From Candidatus Fraserbacteria bacterium (GTDB taxonomy: Bacteria > Bipolaricaulota > Bipolaricaulia > RBG-16-55-9): DNA of 22,654 bases. Position 1 is the first letter of the stretch. The number at the start of each line of letters is the position of its first letter. The stretch is from NCBI GenBank assembly GCA_037443265.1, contig JBBIOR010000002.1:1-22654 (forward strand), given 5' to 3'. Of this stretch, positions 8,475 through 17,381 are shown in pieces. Made by a program: the position numbers and the translations under genes. The notes under the pieces were generated by a model. That model was not told where the DNA came from. It did not search any database and worked only from the letters and a program-made list of their open reading frames with translations.

Positions 8475-8891
8475 CTATTTGCGACTGGAAGGGCTCAGCT
8501 GGCACTCGCGGCACAGTCCGTAGAAGATGGTTTCATGGGAGCGCACGCGGTAGCCCTGACGGTTCAGCTCGCGGTTCAGCGCTTGCTGAACGGGGATCTC
8601 CACATCATACACCCGCTCACAGTGATCGCAGAAGAAGTGATAATGGGCCTGCACGTGAGGGTCGTAGCGATTCGGGCCGTTGGGGGTGGAAATCTCTAAG
8701 ATGAGCCCTTCTTGGGCTAGCAATTTGAGATTGCGGTAGACGGTGGCAAGGCTGATGCGCGGAAGCTGCCGCTTCACCCGCTGATAGACCTCTTCCGCGG
8801 TCGGATGGGAGGTGTCCCCTTGTAGGGCGGAGAAGATCGCCTTCCGCTGCTTGGTGACGCGCGGAAGACTCTGTCGTACTCCGACGTTCAT
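8475..8891 (-). CDS. Fur-family transcriptional regulator (PerR-like metal site)
   Basis: TKQRKAI, HPTAEEVY, ISLATVYRNL, RYD, HYHFFCDHC and YGLCREC motifs; SD GGAGG upstream. Confidence 0.93.
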   Translation of the reverse strand: MNVGVRQSLPRVTKQRKAIFSALQGDTSHPTAEEVYQRVKRQLPRISLATVYRNLKLLAQEGLILEISTPNGPNRYDPHVQAHYHFFCDHCERVYDVEIPVQQALNRELNRQGYRVRSHETIFYGLCRECQLSPSSRK

Positions 8892-8923
8892 TGGACTTAT
8901 CCCTCCGTTTCTCTTCGACTAGC

Positions 8924-8952
8924 AGTCTACTACCCTCCCCGGCTTCTGTCAA
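8924..8952 (-). promoter_or_regulatory. sigma70 promoter of the fur-family gene
   Basis: Minus strand TTGACA (8952-8947), 17-nt spacer, TAGACT (8929-8924). Confidence 0.75.
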
Positions 8953-9016
8953 CCACAGCCCCCTCGTTGACTTCTAGTCCACTCGTGAGGTAAAAGAACT
9001 CCCAGGGTAGGAAGTC

Positions 9017-9421
9017 ATGGCTTTCAAATCGACGTGGAAGATCAGCTTTGGAGAGATTGACTACGCCAGCGTGGTCTATTATCCCAATTTTTTTGATTAC
9101 TTCCAGCGCACCGAAGAGGCCTTCATGGAGCACATCGGCTTCCCGTACCCGTATTTAATTGGCGAGCTGGGTTTGGGGTTTCCGATTGTGCACGTCGAGG
9201 CCGATTTTAAGAGGCCCGTGCGCTATGGGGATGCCATAGACATCGTGCTGGAGGTGGCCGAGCTGGGGAGAAGCTCTGTGACGTTTGCATTTCGAGTCTT
9301 TAAAGGGCGGGAGTTCTGTGCGGAGGCGAAGATCAAGCACGTCACGGTGGATCTTAAGCCCTTCAAAGCGATTCCCTTACCCGACGATCTTAGGAAGCGC
9401 CTGGAGCGGGAGAGGAGCTGA
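9017..9421 (+). CDS. Acyl-CoA thioesterase, 4HBT/YbgC hot-dog family
   Basis: FGEIDYASVVYYPNFFDYF, DFKRPVRYGD, LGRSSVTF and PLPDDLR motifs. Possible weak promoter TTGACT(8967)-N18-TAAAAG. Confidence 0.9.
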   Translation: MAFKSTWKISFGEIDYASVVYYPNFFDYFQRTEEAFMEHIGFPYPYLIGELGLGFPIVHVEADFKRPVRYGDAIDIVLEVAELGRSSVTFAFRVFKGREFCAEAKIKHVTVDLKPFKAIPLPDDLRKRLERERS

Positions 9422-10640
9422 AGCAGGGGGTCCAGAAGAGGAGGCTGCCGGGAGGAAGGGTCTTTGACCCTGGGGGCAGGCGCACCAAGGCTGTGCACTC
9501 TGCCAGATTTGTGATCATGTGTGAAGATTGATGGGGCAGGGGCACAAGCCCAATTTCACCCCTTTGAGAGCATTCTAGGCGGCAGCGCACCCACCTCTCC
9601 TGTGTGGGGGTCGGCTCCAGAGGCTCGCGCAATCGGCCCACGAAGAAGATGGGCTGGGCAGGAGAAGCGCCCTCCAAAAGATCGAGAACCCGCCGCACAT
9701 GGGTGATAAGACACACGAAGACGGAGCCGGGATTGCCCGGCAGTCCCACTAGAGGCTTATCAGAAGACATTCCGAAGAAGATGGGCTCGCCCGGCTTCTG
9801 CTTCACTCTCCAGAAGACCTCGCGCACACCCAGATTGTGGGCTGCTTTCATCACGAAATCCCGCTCGCCCACGGAGACTCCTCCGGCCGTGATTACCAGA
9901 TCCGACTGGGCCAGGGCCTCACGGAGAGCCTCCTCTGTGCCCTGAAGATCATCGGGCAGATGCATAGAGTGAATGTGCGTGTAGCCATGAGCTCGTAGCC
10001 AGCTCGTGATCATGGGAGTGTTGGCATCGTAGACTTGACCCCTCTCAAGCGGCCTACCCGGAGGGATTACTTCATCTCCTGTGGTCAGAAGGGCAATGTG
10101 CGGCTCGCGGTGGACTCGTACACGATCCACGCCAGCGATCGCAAAGGCCGCCAGATGACCGGGAGCAAGCCTCGTCCCTGTACCAGCGAGGCGCTCGCCC
10201 TTGGGGATCTCTTCGCCTTGCCTGCGCAGATCCTTTCCCACGGGCAGGGGCCGGTGCACAAGTAGATGGCCATCTTCGATCTGGGCGTCTTCTTGCCGCA
10301 AGATCACATCCGCCCCTTCAGGCACATAGCCACCGGTGAAGATACGCGTGGCTTCTCCGGCTTGCAGCTTGGGAATGGGGCTGACCCTACCTGCGGGGAT
10401 CTCCCCGACTAAGCGCAGCCGGACGGGATACTCGGGGCTTGCTTTCTTGATGTCTTCTGCACGGAGGGCATAGCCGTCCATGGCGCTTTGCGAGAAGGGC
10501 GGGAGATCTATGTGGCTGCGCACCTCTTCTGCGAGGACCCGCCCAAGTGCGTCGCTTATGCTCACCTCTTCGATGGGCAGGGGAGAAATTGCGCGCGTGT
10601 AATGCTCAAAGGCCTGATCAACCGAGATCATCGCTCTCAC
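9390..10640 (-). CDS. moeA: Molybdopterin molybdotransferase MoeA
   Basis: GRVLAE, SAMDGYA, TGGYVPEGAD, TTGDE, GGVSVGERD and GLPGNP motifs. Confidence 0.95.
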   Translation of the reverse strand: MRAMISVDQAFEHYTRAISPLPIEEVSISDALGRVLAEEVRSHIDLPPFSQSAMDGYALRAEDIKKASPEYPVRLRLVGEIPAGRVSPIPKLQAGEATRIFTGGYVPEGADVILRQEDAQIEDGHLLVHRPLPVGKDLRRQGEEIPKGERLAGTGTRLAPGHLAAFAIAGVDRVRVHREPHIALLTTGDEVIPPGRPLERGQVYDANTPMITSWLRAHGYTHIHSMHLPDDLQGTEEALREALAQSDLVITAGGVSVGERDFVMKAAHNLGVREVFWRVKQKPGEPIFFGMSSDKPLVGLPGNPGSVFVCLITHVRRVLDLLEGASPAQPIFFVGRLREPLEPTPTQERWVRCRLECSQRGEIGLVPLPHQSSHMITNLAECTALVRLPPGSKTLPPGSLLFWTPCFSSSPAPGAS

Positions 10641-10645
10641 TCACT

Positions 10646-11401
10646 TTAGCCCGCGAGTGCCTGCTGGAGCAACTTGAAGGAGGCCAGAAGCAGCACAGCT
10701 CCCAGTAGGCGCTGGACGGTCACGGGGGAGAAGCGAAGGGCTCCCAGCCTTGAGCCGAGCCCTCCTCCAATCATAACGGCGGCAACTAAAGGCAGCCCTA
10801 GAGCCCAATTGGGGCTGCCCTGAAGCGTATGAGCTAAAAGCCCACTGGCCGAGTTGAGCACGATGAAGGCGCTCGAGACGGCTGCCGTGCGCTTTGCGTC
10901 AGCCCAACTTAGAAAAAGCAGCAGTGGACTCAGAAAGATACCTCCTCCGATGCCAATGAGGCCCGCCAGCAGGCCCAAGACGAACCCGGTCACCAAGCCT
11001 GCAGGCCATAGGATGCGTGACTCTACTGTCCATTTGGGCCGGATCTCTCGGCCCAGGCCTAAAAGGCGCACGGAGGCTAAGAGCAACGTGAGCCCCAAAA
11101 GAAGAGCAAAGACGCGCGGCGAGAGACTGAGCGAGCCTCCGATGAACGCCCCTGGGATCGATGTGAGCACGAAGGGCAAGAGCAACTGCCGGGAGAAATA
11201 GCCCGCCTGCCAATAGTGCCAGAAGCCGATGCCCGCCACGGCTAGATTGAGCGATAACGCCATTGGGACCATCTCCTGGTGGGATAGTCCCACCAGCGCG
11301 GAGATCGCCAAGTATGCCGAAGCTCCGCCGTGCCCGACGGTTGAGTACAAGAACGACACGATGAGAAACGAAGGCAGGAGCAGCCAAAGCTCAGAGGACA
11401 T
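10646..11401 (-). CDS. TSUP (TauE/SafE) family permease
   Basis: YSTVGHGGASAY, GLIGIGGGIFLSP and AAVSSAFIVLNS motifs; about 8 TM segments. Confidence 0.9.
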   Translation of the reverse strand: MSSELWLLLPSFLIVSFLYSTVGHGGASAYLAISALVGLSHQEMVPMALSLNLAVAGIGFWHYWQAGYFSRQLLLPFVLTSIPGAFIGGSLSLSPRVFALLLGLTLLLASVRLLGLGREIRPKWTVESRILWPAGLVTGFVLGLLAGLIGIGGGIFLSPLLLFLSWADAKRTAAVSSAFIVLNSASGLLAHTLQGSPNWALGLPLVAAVMIGGGLGSRLGALRFSPVTVQRLLGAVLLLASFKLLQQALAG

Positions 11402-12324
11402 TAGCCGTAGCCATGGGGGTGTGGGAGTTTGCGTAACACAAAGAACACATGGAGTACGGCAGGGAAGACTGCCTCATAGGTCTCTTTGGCCCCGCGGGTG
11501 CTGCCGGGTAGCGTTATCACGAGCGTGTCTTTGATCATGCCGGCGATCCCGCGGGAGAGCATGGCATAGGGCGTGCGGCGCTGGCCGTAGGCGCGCGCGG
11601 TCTCCATCACGCCGGGGATCTCGCGCTCCATCAGGGGCCGAAGGGCTTCTACCGTCTGGTCCGTAGGGGCCAGTCCCGTGCCCCCCACCGTCAGCACCAG
11701 ATCCATCCCCTGCGCGACAAATCTTTGCACAAGCGCCTTGAGTCGCTGAGGATCATCGGGCAAGATCTCATAGCCCTTCACTTCCACGCTGGGCTCTTGT
11801 TGAAGAGCTTCAACAATGGCCTTGCCTGCGCGGTCTTCCTTCCGGCCTGCAGCCACACTGTCGGAGAGTACGATCACAGCGGCCTTTACGGGCGGTGAGA
11901 GCACGTCACGATAGTCGCTCTTGCCGCCCTTCTTCGAGAGCAACCTCAAAGAGCGAATCTCGATCTCTTGGGTGTGGGGCTTGAGCATGTCGTAGAGCGT
12001 GAGGGCTGCGATGCTGACAGCCGTGAGGGCTTCCATCTCCACGCCCGTGACAGCGATCGTCTTCGTAGACGCTTGAATGCGTACTCCCTCCCCTTCAAAA
12101 GAATATGAGATCTCCACGTGGGTGAGGGGAATCGGGTGACAAAATGGCAGAAGTTCCCAAGTGCGCTTGGCAGCTAAGAGGCCGGCCGCACGGGCGACTT
12201 CCAGAGCGTCTCCCTTCTCTGTACGTCTCTCTTTTAAGAGGATCTGAGCAGCTGGGGGGATGGCCACGAACGCTTCGGCCACGGCCTCTCGAAGCGTCTC
12301 AAATTTATCTGTGATGTCCTTCAT
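11401..12324 (-). CDS. moaCB: Bifunctional MoaC/MoaB(MogA)-family molybdenum cofactor biosynthesis protein
   Basis: N-terminal MoaC motifs KGDAL, LLPFCHPI, GVEMEAL and YDMLK; C-terminal MoaB/MogA motifs LSDS, GGTGLAPTDQT, SRGIAG and LPGS. Confidence 0.93.
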   Translation of the reverse strand: MKDITDKFETLREAVAEAFVAIPPAAQILLKERRTEKGDALEVARAAGLLAAKRTWELLPFCHPIPLTHVEISYSFEGEGVRIQASTKTIAVTGVEMEALTAVSIAALTLYDMLKPHTQEIEIRSLRLLSKKGGKSDYRDVLSPPVKAAVIVLSDSVAAGRKEDRAGKAIVEALQQEPSVEVKGYEILPDDPQRLKALVQRFVAQGMDLVLTVGGTGLAPTDQTVEALRPLMEREIPGVMETARAYGQRRTPYAMLSRGIAGMIKDTLVITLPGSTRGAKETYEAVFPAVLHVFFVLRKLPHPHGYG

Positions 12325-12758
12325 GATTCTTCACGCATCTTAAGTGGAAAGCCTTCAAGATAGCGGCTCTCGCCCGTTTCATAGTGCTCCTCTTTCCAGA
12401 TGGGTGCGCGCTTCTTCAATTCATCGATGGCGTAGCGGGCGGCCTCAAACGCCGGGGCGCGATGCGCCGCCCGCACGACGACGATCACGCTCAGCTCGCC
12501 CAGCGGCAGCGTCCCAATTCGATGCTGAATCCGACACTGCCGCACGTCGAAGCGCGCAAGCACTTCCTCTTCAACCTCATGCAAGACTCTCTCGGCCAGC
12601 GTAACGTGGGCTTCGTACGTGATCGCCCGCACGGGTTCTCCCTCGTGCTCGTTGCGCACGGTGCCACTAAAGATCACGAGCGCCCCACTGGCGGGATCCT
12701 CTGTCTCTTTGAGGAGCTGATTCAGATCCAGAGATCCTTCACAAATCCAGCGGCTCAT
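12321..12758 (-). CDS. moaE: Molybdopterin synthase catalytic subunit
   Basis: GALVIFSGTVRN, YEAH, HRIGTL, AHRAPAFEA and KKRAPIWKEE motifs. Confidence 0.95.
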   Translation of the reverse strand: MSRWICEGSLDLNQLLKETEDPASGALVIFSGTVRNEHEGEPVRAITYEAHVTLAERVLHEVEEEVLARFDVRQCRIQHRIGTLPLGELSVIVVVRAAHRAPAFEAARYAIDELKKRAPIWKEEHYETGESRYLEGFPLKMREES

Positions 12759-12759
12759 G

Positions 12760-13008
12760 CTAGCCTCCGCTCACGGGCGGAAGAAGCGCCACTTCATCGC
12801 CGTCCCCAATGAGATGATCCTCGTCCACAATCTCATCGCCCACGGCACAAACTACGCTGGGAAGCTTCAAGCGCAACCCGGGATATCTTGCGATGAGCCC
12901 CTCTTTGAGTTGCGCCACAGTTAGAGTCTTTCTGTCGAACTGAAGCTCTTGTTCTTTGGCTCCCACGTCATTCTTAAGTCCACCGTAGAAGATGACTCTT
13001 ACACGCAT
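12760..13008 (-). CDS. moaD: Molybdopterin synthase sulfur carrier subunit
   Basis: 82-aa ubiquitin-like protein ending DGDEVALLPPVSGG. Confidence 0.95.
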   Translation of the reverse strand: MRVRVIFYGGLKNDVGAKEQELQFDRKTLTVAQLKEGLIARYPGLRLKLPSVVCAVGDEIVDEDHLIGDGDEVALLPPVSGG

Positions 13009-13012
13009 GGCC

Positions 13013-13990
13013 TCAGCCCCCCAGGCTGGACATGACGGTGTACGTCCTCTGCCCTTCTTCCCAGTGATGGCCCTTGGGTTTTATCGCAAGTGCTCTCTTG
13101 AAAGCCTCTTCGATGGCAGCGAGATCGCGCTGGCGAATGGCCTCGCGCATGTTCACGTGGAGATCATACGCCAAGCAGGGGCGCAGCTCGCCATTGGCCG
13201 TCAAGCGAATTCGACTACACGTGTCACAATATTTGTTCGAGATGGGCGTGATGAAGCCGACTTTCCCTGGCGCGCCGGGGACTTTCCAGTATTGGGCCGG
13301 CCCGTTGCCCTTCTCTGCCACAGGCACAAGCCCGTATTTCTCCGTCAGCCATGCACGTACTCGTGTCAGATTGAGATAGGAGCCGAAGCCATTGAGACTG
13401 AGAGCCTCGCCGATGGGCATAAGTTCCAGAAGGCGCACGCTGATCTCATCTTGCAGGGTCAATCTGAAGAGATCCTCGATCTCGTCTTCGTTGAAGCCCT
13501 TCAGGATGAGGGCGTTGAGCTTTATGGGCTTCAAGCCGACTTCTCGGGCTTTGCGGATGCCGCGCAGCACCATCTCCAGCTGGCCGAACCGCGTGAGCCT
13601 TTGGAATCTTTCGGGCCTGAGAGAGTGCAAACTGATATTGACACGATCGAGGCCGGCCTCTTTGAGCGGCTGAGCGAATCGCTCGAGCAGCAGACCGTTG
13701 GTGGTCATGGAGATGTCTTTAGTATCTGTCTGTTCTTTGAGCATGTGAATGAGTTTGGGCAGCTCGCGCCGCACCAGTGGCTCGCCGCCGGTGATGCGCA
13801 CGCGGTCGATGCCCAGTTTATTTGCCACTTGCACCACCATCACGATCTCTTCATACGAAAGAATTTCTTTCTTGGAGTGAAAGAGCTGCTGATCGAGGGG
13901 CATGCAGAAGTGGCAGCGCTGGTTGCAGCGATCCGTCACTGAAATCCTCAGATAGTTATGCGCTCGGCCGAAGCGATCTACGAGCTTCAT
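13013..13990 (-). CDS. moaA: GTP 3',8-cyclase MoaA (radical SAM)
   Basis: DRFGR..YLRISVTDRCNQRCHFC, TGGEPL, CDTCSRIRL...PCL and a C-terminal GG. Start is ATG 13990 or 13999. Confidence 0.96.
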   Translation of the reverse strand: MKLVDRFGRAHNYLRISVTDRCNQRCHFCMPLDQQLFHSKKEILSYEEIVMVVQVANKLGIDRVRITGGEPLVRRELPKLIHMLKEQTDTKDISMTTNGLLLERFAQPLKEAGLDRVNISLHSLRPERFQRLTRFGQLEMVLRGIRKAREVGLKPIKLNALILKGFNEDEIEDLFRLTLQDEISVRLLELMPIGEALSLNGFGSYLNLTRVRAWLTEKYGLVPVAEKGNGPAQYWKVPGAPGKVGFITPISNKYCDTCSRIRLTANGELRPCLAYDLHVNMREAIRQRDLAAIEEAFKRALAIKPKGHHWEEGQRTYTVMSSLGG

Positions 13991-13997
13991 CACAGCC

Positions 13998-14027
13998 ATT
14001 ATCAGACATTTGGGGTCTAATTTTCAA
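13998..14027 (-). promoter_or_regulatory. Possible internal promoter giving a leaderless moaA transcript
   Basis: Minus strand TTGAAA-N18-GATAAT, ending 7 nt before ATG 13990; no SD visible. Confidence 0.4.
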
Positions 14028-14646
14028 ATGGGCTTCCAATCCATTGCCTGAGCCGCTCATAGTCTTGCGTCGTGTTGATATTGAGAAAAGCCTCGGGATA
14101 GCCCCAGAGCCGCCATGCCTCTTCATGTAGCCAGTGCACCCTGCCACTGCGCAGGCTCAGCACCCAGCGCCGCAGCGAGCGTTCCCCCTTGAGAAACGCT
14201 TCTTTCAGCTCCCTTTTCAGCGATCTTCGATAGAAAGCACAGGTCACTTGGGGAATGCCCTGCCAGAGGGGAACGAAAGCATCAGGCAGAGTCACTTGGG
14301 TTTCCAAAGCGCTCTTCATCTTTTGCAAGAACGGCCCCGTGACCAGAGGATAATCGATGGCCAAAAGCAGGACATAGTCACTCTGGACATGAGGCAGCGC
14401 ACCCGCAAGGGCTCCCAGAGGGCCAGAGCCGGCATGCTCATCCACGAGGAAGTTTCCGTTGAGCAGCGGCGCGAGGATGCGCTCGTCTTCTGGATGGGTA
14501 ATGAGCACCCAGACTTCGTCGCTGATGGCTTGAGCTGCCTCAAAAGCCCGTTGGATGAGAGGCCGGCCCAAAAAAAAGAGCAGGCGCTTGTCTTGTCCCA
14601 TGCGTCGAGAGTGGCCGCCGGCCAGCAAGAGCCCCGTGATCTTCAT
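14017..14646 (-). CDS. mobA: Molybdenum cofactor guanylyltransferase
   Basis: LLAGGHSRRMGQDK, GPLGAL, AIDYP and FLNINT motifs. Confidence 0.9.
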   Translation of the reverse strand: MKITGLLLAGGHSRRMGQDKRLLFFLGRPLIQRAFEAAQAISDEVWVLITHPEDERILAPLLNGNFLVDEHAGSGPLGALAGALPHVQSDYVLLLAIDYPLVTGPFLQKMKSALETQVTLPDAFVPLWQGIPQVTCAFYRRSLKRELKEAFLKGERSLRRWVLSLRSGRVHWLHEEAWRLWGYPEAFLNINTTQDYERLRQWIGSPFEN

Positions 14647-15257
14647 AGAAAGGCTTTCGATCGTTCGTAATCCGCCTCCGTGTCAATATCCAGCTGCGTG
14701 TGCTCCTCATCAGGCAGAAGTGCAATCTTCTCAGCTTCGTTCCACAGCTCATGCACCAGCGAGAGTCCTCCCTCATCCCCGACCCGCTTCTTCAGCTGCG
14801 AGAAGAGCTCGCAGGGAAACGCCGTCGGATGCCCCTTCTGCCCTTCATAGATGGGGAAGCATAATCTTCTCATCTGGAGAAAGCGCTGCGCGACGCGATC
14901 AATGAGAGAACTCGTCATCAGCGGCATATCAGAAGGCAAGAAGAGCACACCGGCTGCATCCTGGGGCAGATGCTCAAGCGCGACCCTCACCGACGAGGCT
15001 TTCCCAGTCTGCCAGCGCTCATTATAGACGATGCGCAATTTGGGATGACTGCGCAGCTCCACCAGCCCCTTCAGGATCTGCTCGTGCTCGAACCCCACAA
15101 TGAGCATGATTGGGTTAAGCTGAGAATCGAGCATCGCCTTGAGACTGTGATAGAGGATCGCTCGCCCCCGAAAGGGCATCAGGAGCTTGTAGTCGGCCTT
15201 AAAGCGCGTCCCCGGCCCGGCGGCCAATACCACTCCCGGCAGATCTTCACAGCTCAT
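14643..15257 (-). CDS. MocA-like nucleotidyltransferase (molybdenum cofactor cytidylyltransferase family)
   Basis: VVLAAG..TRF...KLL, GKASS, SDMP, KGHP, GDEGG and DIDT motifs; adjacent to xdhC. Confidence 0.82.
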   Translation of the reverse strand: MSCEDLPGVVLAAGPGTRFKADYKLLMPFRGRAILYHSLKAMLDSQLNPIMLIVGFEHEQILKGLVELRSHPKLRIVYNERWQTGKASSVRVALEHLPQDAAGVLFLPSDMPLMTSSLIDRVAQRFLQMRRLCFPIYEGQKGHPTAFPCELFSQLKKRVGDEGGLSLVHELWNEAEKIALLPDEEHTQLDIDTEADYERSKAFL

Positions 15258-16332
15258 CGGCGTGTATGGGGGCGCGCCGCCCTCTCAGAAAGCCTGCCGC
15301 ACGCTTGTTTCTCACCGCGAGAACTTCGCCCAAGATGCTTATGGCAATCTCCTCCGGCGTCTCCGCCCCTAAATCTAGCCCCACGGGAGCATGCAAGCAA
15401 GCGAGCTTTTCATCGGGCAGTGGGCCGATCTCCTTCGTGATCTCAGCCAGCAGCTCCTGAGTCCGAGAGCGCGGCCCGATCTGGCCGATATAACTAGCTT
15501 CGCTCCTTAGCGCGAGCTTTAAGATCTCGCGATCGTAGAGATAATGATGCGTCATGATGACCACGAACGCGCCGGGCGGGAGCTGGATCCTCTCAGGAAG
15601 CTCGCGGGGGTGTGCTAACAAGAGCTGAGCCGCTTGGGGAAAGCGCTCCTGGGTGAGATACTGGGGACGATGGTCTACGACCAACACGCGAAAGCCCAGC
15701 TCATGAGCAAATCTTACCAGAGGGATCGCATCGTATCCTGCGCCAAAGACGATGAAATTTAAGGGCGGCTCGATTCTCTCCAGATAGATAGTCCTCTCAG
15801 CCGCTGCCTGCAGGATCTCATGCCTCTTCAGCATCGATGCCCGGCGTATGGCTTCCAACAGCTGGGGCTCCTGCAGTTCATCCATGCAGAGCTTTCCATC
15901 GATGAGAAGCGCATGTCTAGCCGTCTTAAGCTCGATGGCCAGATGGCAAATTCGATCCCGCAAGAGCGCTTGGCGCAGCTCACGATAGATTCTCATGCTG
16001 CCGCCATCTGGTGGCAGGGGTTCGATGAAGACTTCGATGGTGCCGCGGCAGCCCAAGCCCGTGCCGGCGATCTTGTCCATCTCTTCTGTGGTATCAAAGC
16101 GCATCAACTGGGGCCGGCCGGAGCTTAAAACGCGCTGAGCGATGGAGATCACTTCGTCTTCGAGGCAGCCGGCACTGACGGCCCCAAGCGAGTCAGATCC
16201 TGCGACGACCAGGCGCGCTCCGGGTCGGCGATAGGTCGAGCCGGAAGTAGAAATTACCGTGCAGAGAGCCGCAGGCTGCCTGTGTGTTGCGTACTGCTCG
16301 ATTCTTGTTAAGATCTCCCAGAGCTCTTTCAT
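15247..16332 (-). CDS. xdhC: XdhC/CoxI family molybdoenzyme maturation factor
   Basis: GSTYRRPGA, SAGCLE, GLGCRGTIEVFIEP, FGAGYDA and PVGLDLGAETPEEIAISI motifs. Confidence 0.93.
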   Translation of the reverse strand: MKELWEILTRIEQYATHRQPAALCTVISTSGSTYRRPGARLVVAGSDSLGAVSAGCLEDEVISIAQRVLSSGRPQLMRFDTTEEMDKIAGTGLGCRGTIEVFIEPLPPDGGSMRIYRELRQALLRDRICHLAIELKTARHALLIDGKLCMDELQEPQLLEAIRRASMLKRHEILQAAAERTIYLERIEPPLNFIVFGAGYDAIPLVRFAHELGFRVLVVDHRPQYLTQERFPQAAQLLLAHPRELPERIQLPPGAFVVIMTHHYLYDREILKLALRSEASYIGQIGPRSRTQELLAEITKEIGPLPDEKLACLHAPVGLDLGAETPEEIAISILGEVLAVRNKRAAGFLRGRRAPIHADEL

Positions 16333-16464
16333 TGCACGTTCCTATTGTAAAGAGCCTGCCGAGGGGGTTCCAGCGAGCGGCTCCCGTAAGCTCCCTTACA
16401 GATCACAAGCGGCTGTTTGAGTAAGCTTTGGATTATACAAGCATGGAACGGAGAAAGGAGCCAC

Positions 16465-17367
16465 ATGAGAATGACAAAGCGCGTAAAGAAACAAACGCAG
16501 GGAAGCAATGGCGTGCGAGTACTCAAAGAGGCGGAACTGGCCCAGATGTTGGGCTATACCCGAACTCAAGTGCGCCGACGCCTAAGGCAGATCAAGCCAC
16601 TCCTCATAAAGCAGGGTGAGCCTCTTAGGATCTGCAAGAACGATCATGTGGTGCTCACGGATTCGGGCCTGGCTGCGCTCAAGCGGGTCAAAGAGCTTGA
16701 AGAGCTGTGCTTGACCGCCGGTGAGATTCGCGCTCGACTCGCCTCAGAATTTGGGCTTTCAGTGGACTCTAAGCCCGTGTCGCAAGAAGAGCACGACGTG
16801 CAGCTGCGGCAGAAACTGGAGACGCTCGAGGCCACGGTTCACAGATTGGAGCAGGAGCTACTCGCCCGTGAAAAGGCGACACCGGCGCCGGATGTAGTTT
16901 CAATGCCCACGTTCTATTCAGCTTTAACAGGGAGGGACGTGGTGCAAGCGCTCCTCGCGGGCGTGATCGGCACCGGGGTGATGACCGTCTTTGCGATGCT
17001 GGCCCCGCTGATGGGCCTGCCTCCCATGGATGTAGCCGGCATGCTCGCTCATTTTATGGGCCGGTGGATCGGCTTCATCTCGCTGCCGCTGGGCTGGGCG
17101 GCTCACTTTATGATCGGCGGGACGCTCGCGTTCATTTATGCGCTCTGGTTTGTAAAGATTCTGCCAGGACCCGCTTGGACCCGAGGTTTAGTATATGGGT
17201 TACTGCCTTGGCTGGTGGCTCAAGTAGCGGTCATGCCGCTGATGGGCATGGGACTGTTTGCCTCCGCCTGGGGTTCTATGGTGCCAGCCTTGCAGAGCCT
17301 GCTGGGACATCTCGTGTATGGAGTCACCGTGGGTGCAGTCTATGGAAAGGCGCATAACTCCTGCTAA
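16465..17367 (+). CDS. MerR-like HTH plus coiled coil fused to a C-terminal multi-pass membrane domain (DUF2938/DUF6789-like)
   Basis: SD AAAGGAG precedes ATG 16465. N-terminal ELAQMLGYTRTQVRRRL...LAALKRVKEL...AGEIRARL, then the heptad region LRQKLETLEATVHRLEQEL, then 4-5 TM segments with GWAAHFMIG and GHLVYG. Confidence 0.75.
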   Translation: MRMTKRVKKQTQGSNGVRVLKEAELAQMLGYTRTQVRRRLRQIKPLLIKQGEPLRICKNDHVVLTDSGLAALKRVKELEELCLTAGEIRARLASEFGLSVDSKPVSQEEHDVQLRQKLETLEATVHRLEQELLAREKATPAPDVVSMPTFYSALTGRDVVQALLAGVIGTGVMTVFAMLAPLMGLPPMDVAGMLAHFMGRWIGFISLPLGWAAHFMIGGTLAFIYALWFVKILPGPAWTRGLVYGLLPWLVAQVAVMPLMGMGLFASAWGSMVPALQSLLGHLVYGVTVGAVYGKAHNSC

Positions 17368-17381
17368 GGGAAGTGAGCGCC

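Noticed and set aside
9390..9421. 32-nt convergent 3' overlap of the thioesterase and moeA genes (also a 4-nt overlap at 1909-1912)
   Set aside because: Short tail-to-tail overlaps are ordinary in compact genomes.
12992..13942. 316-aa + strand ORF
   Set aside because: Antisense shadow of moaA with no recognisable motifs, as expected from GC-rich codon bias.
16380..16399. Tandem GCTCCCGTAA/GCTCCCTTAC repeat in the divergent intergenic region
   Set aside because: Only two imperfect 10-mers, too weak to call an operator or an array.
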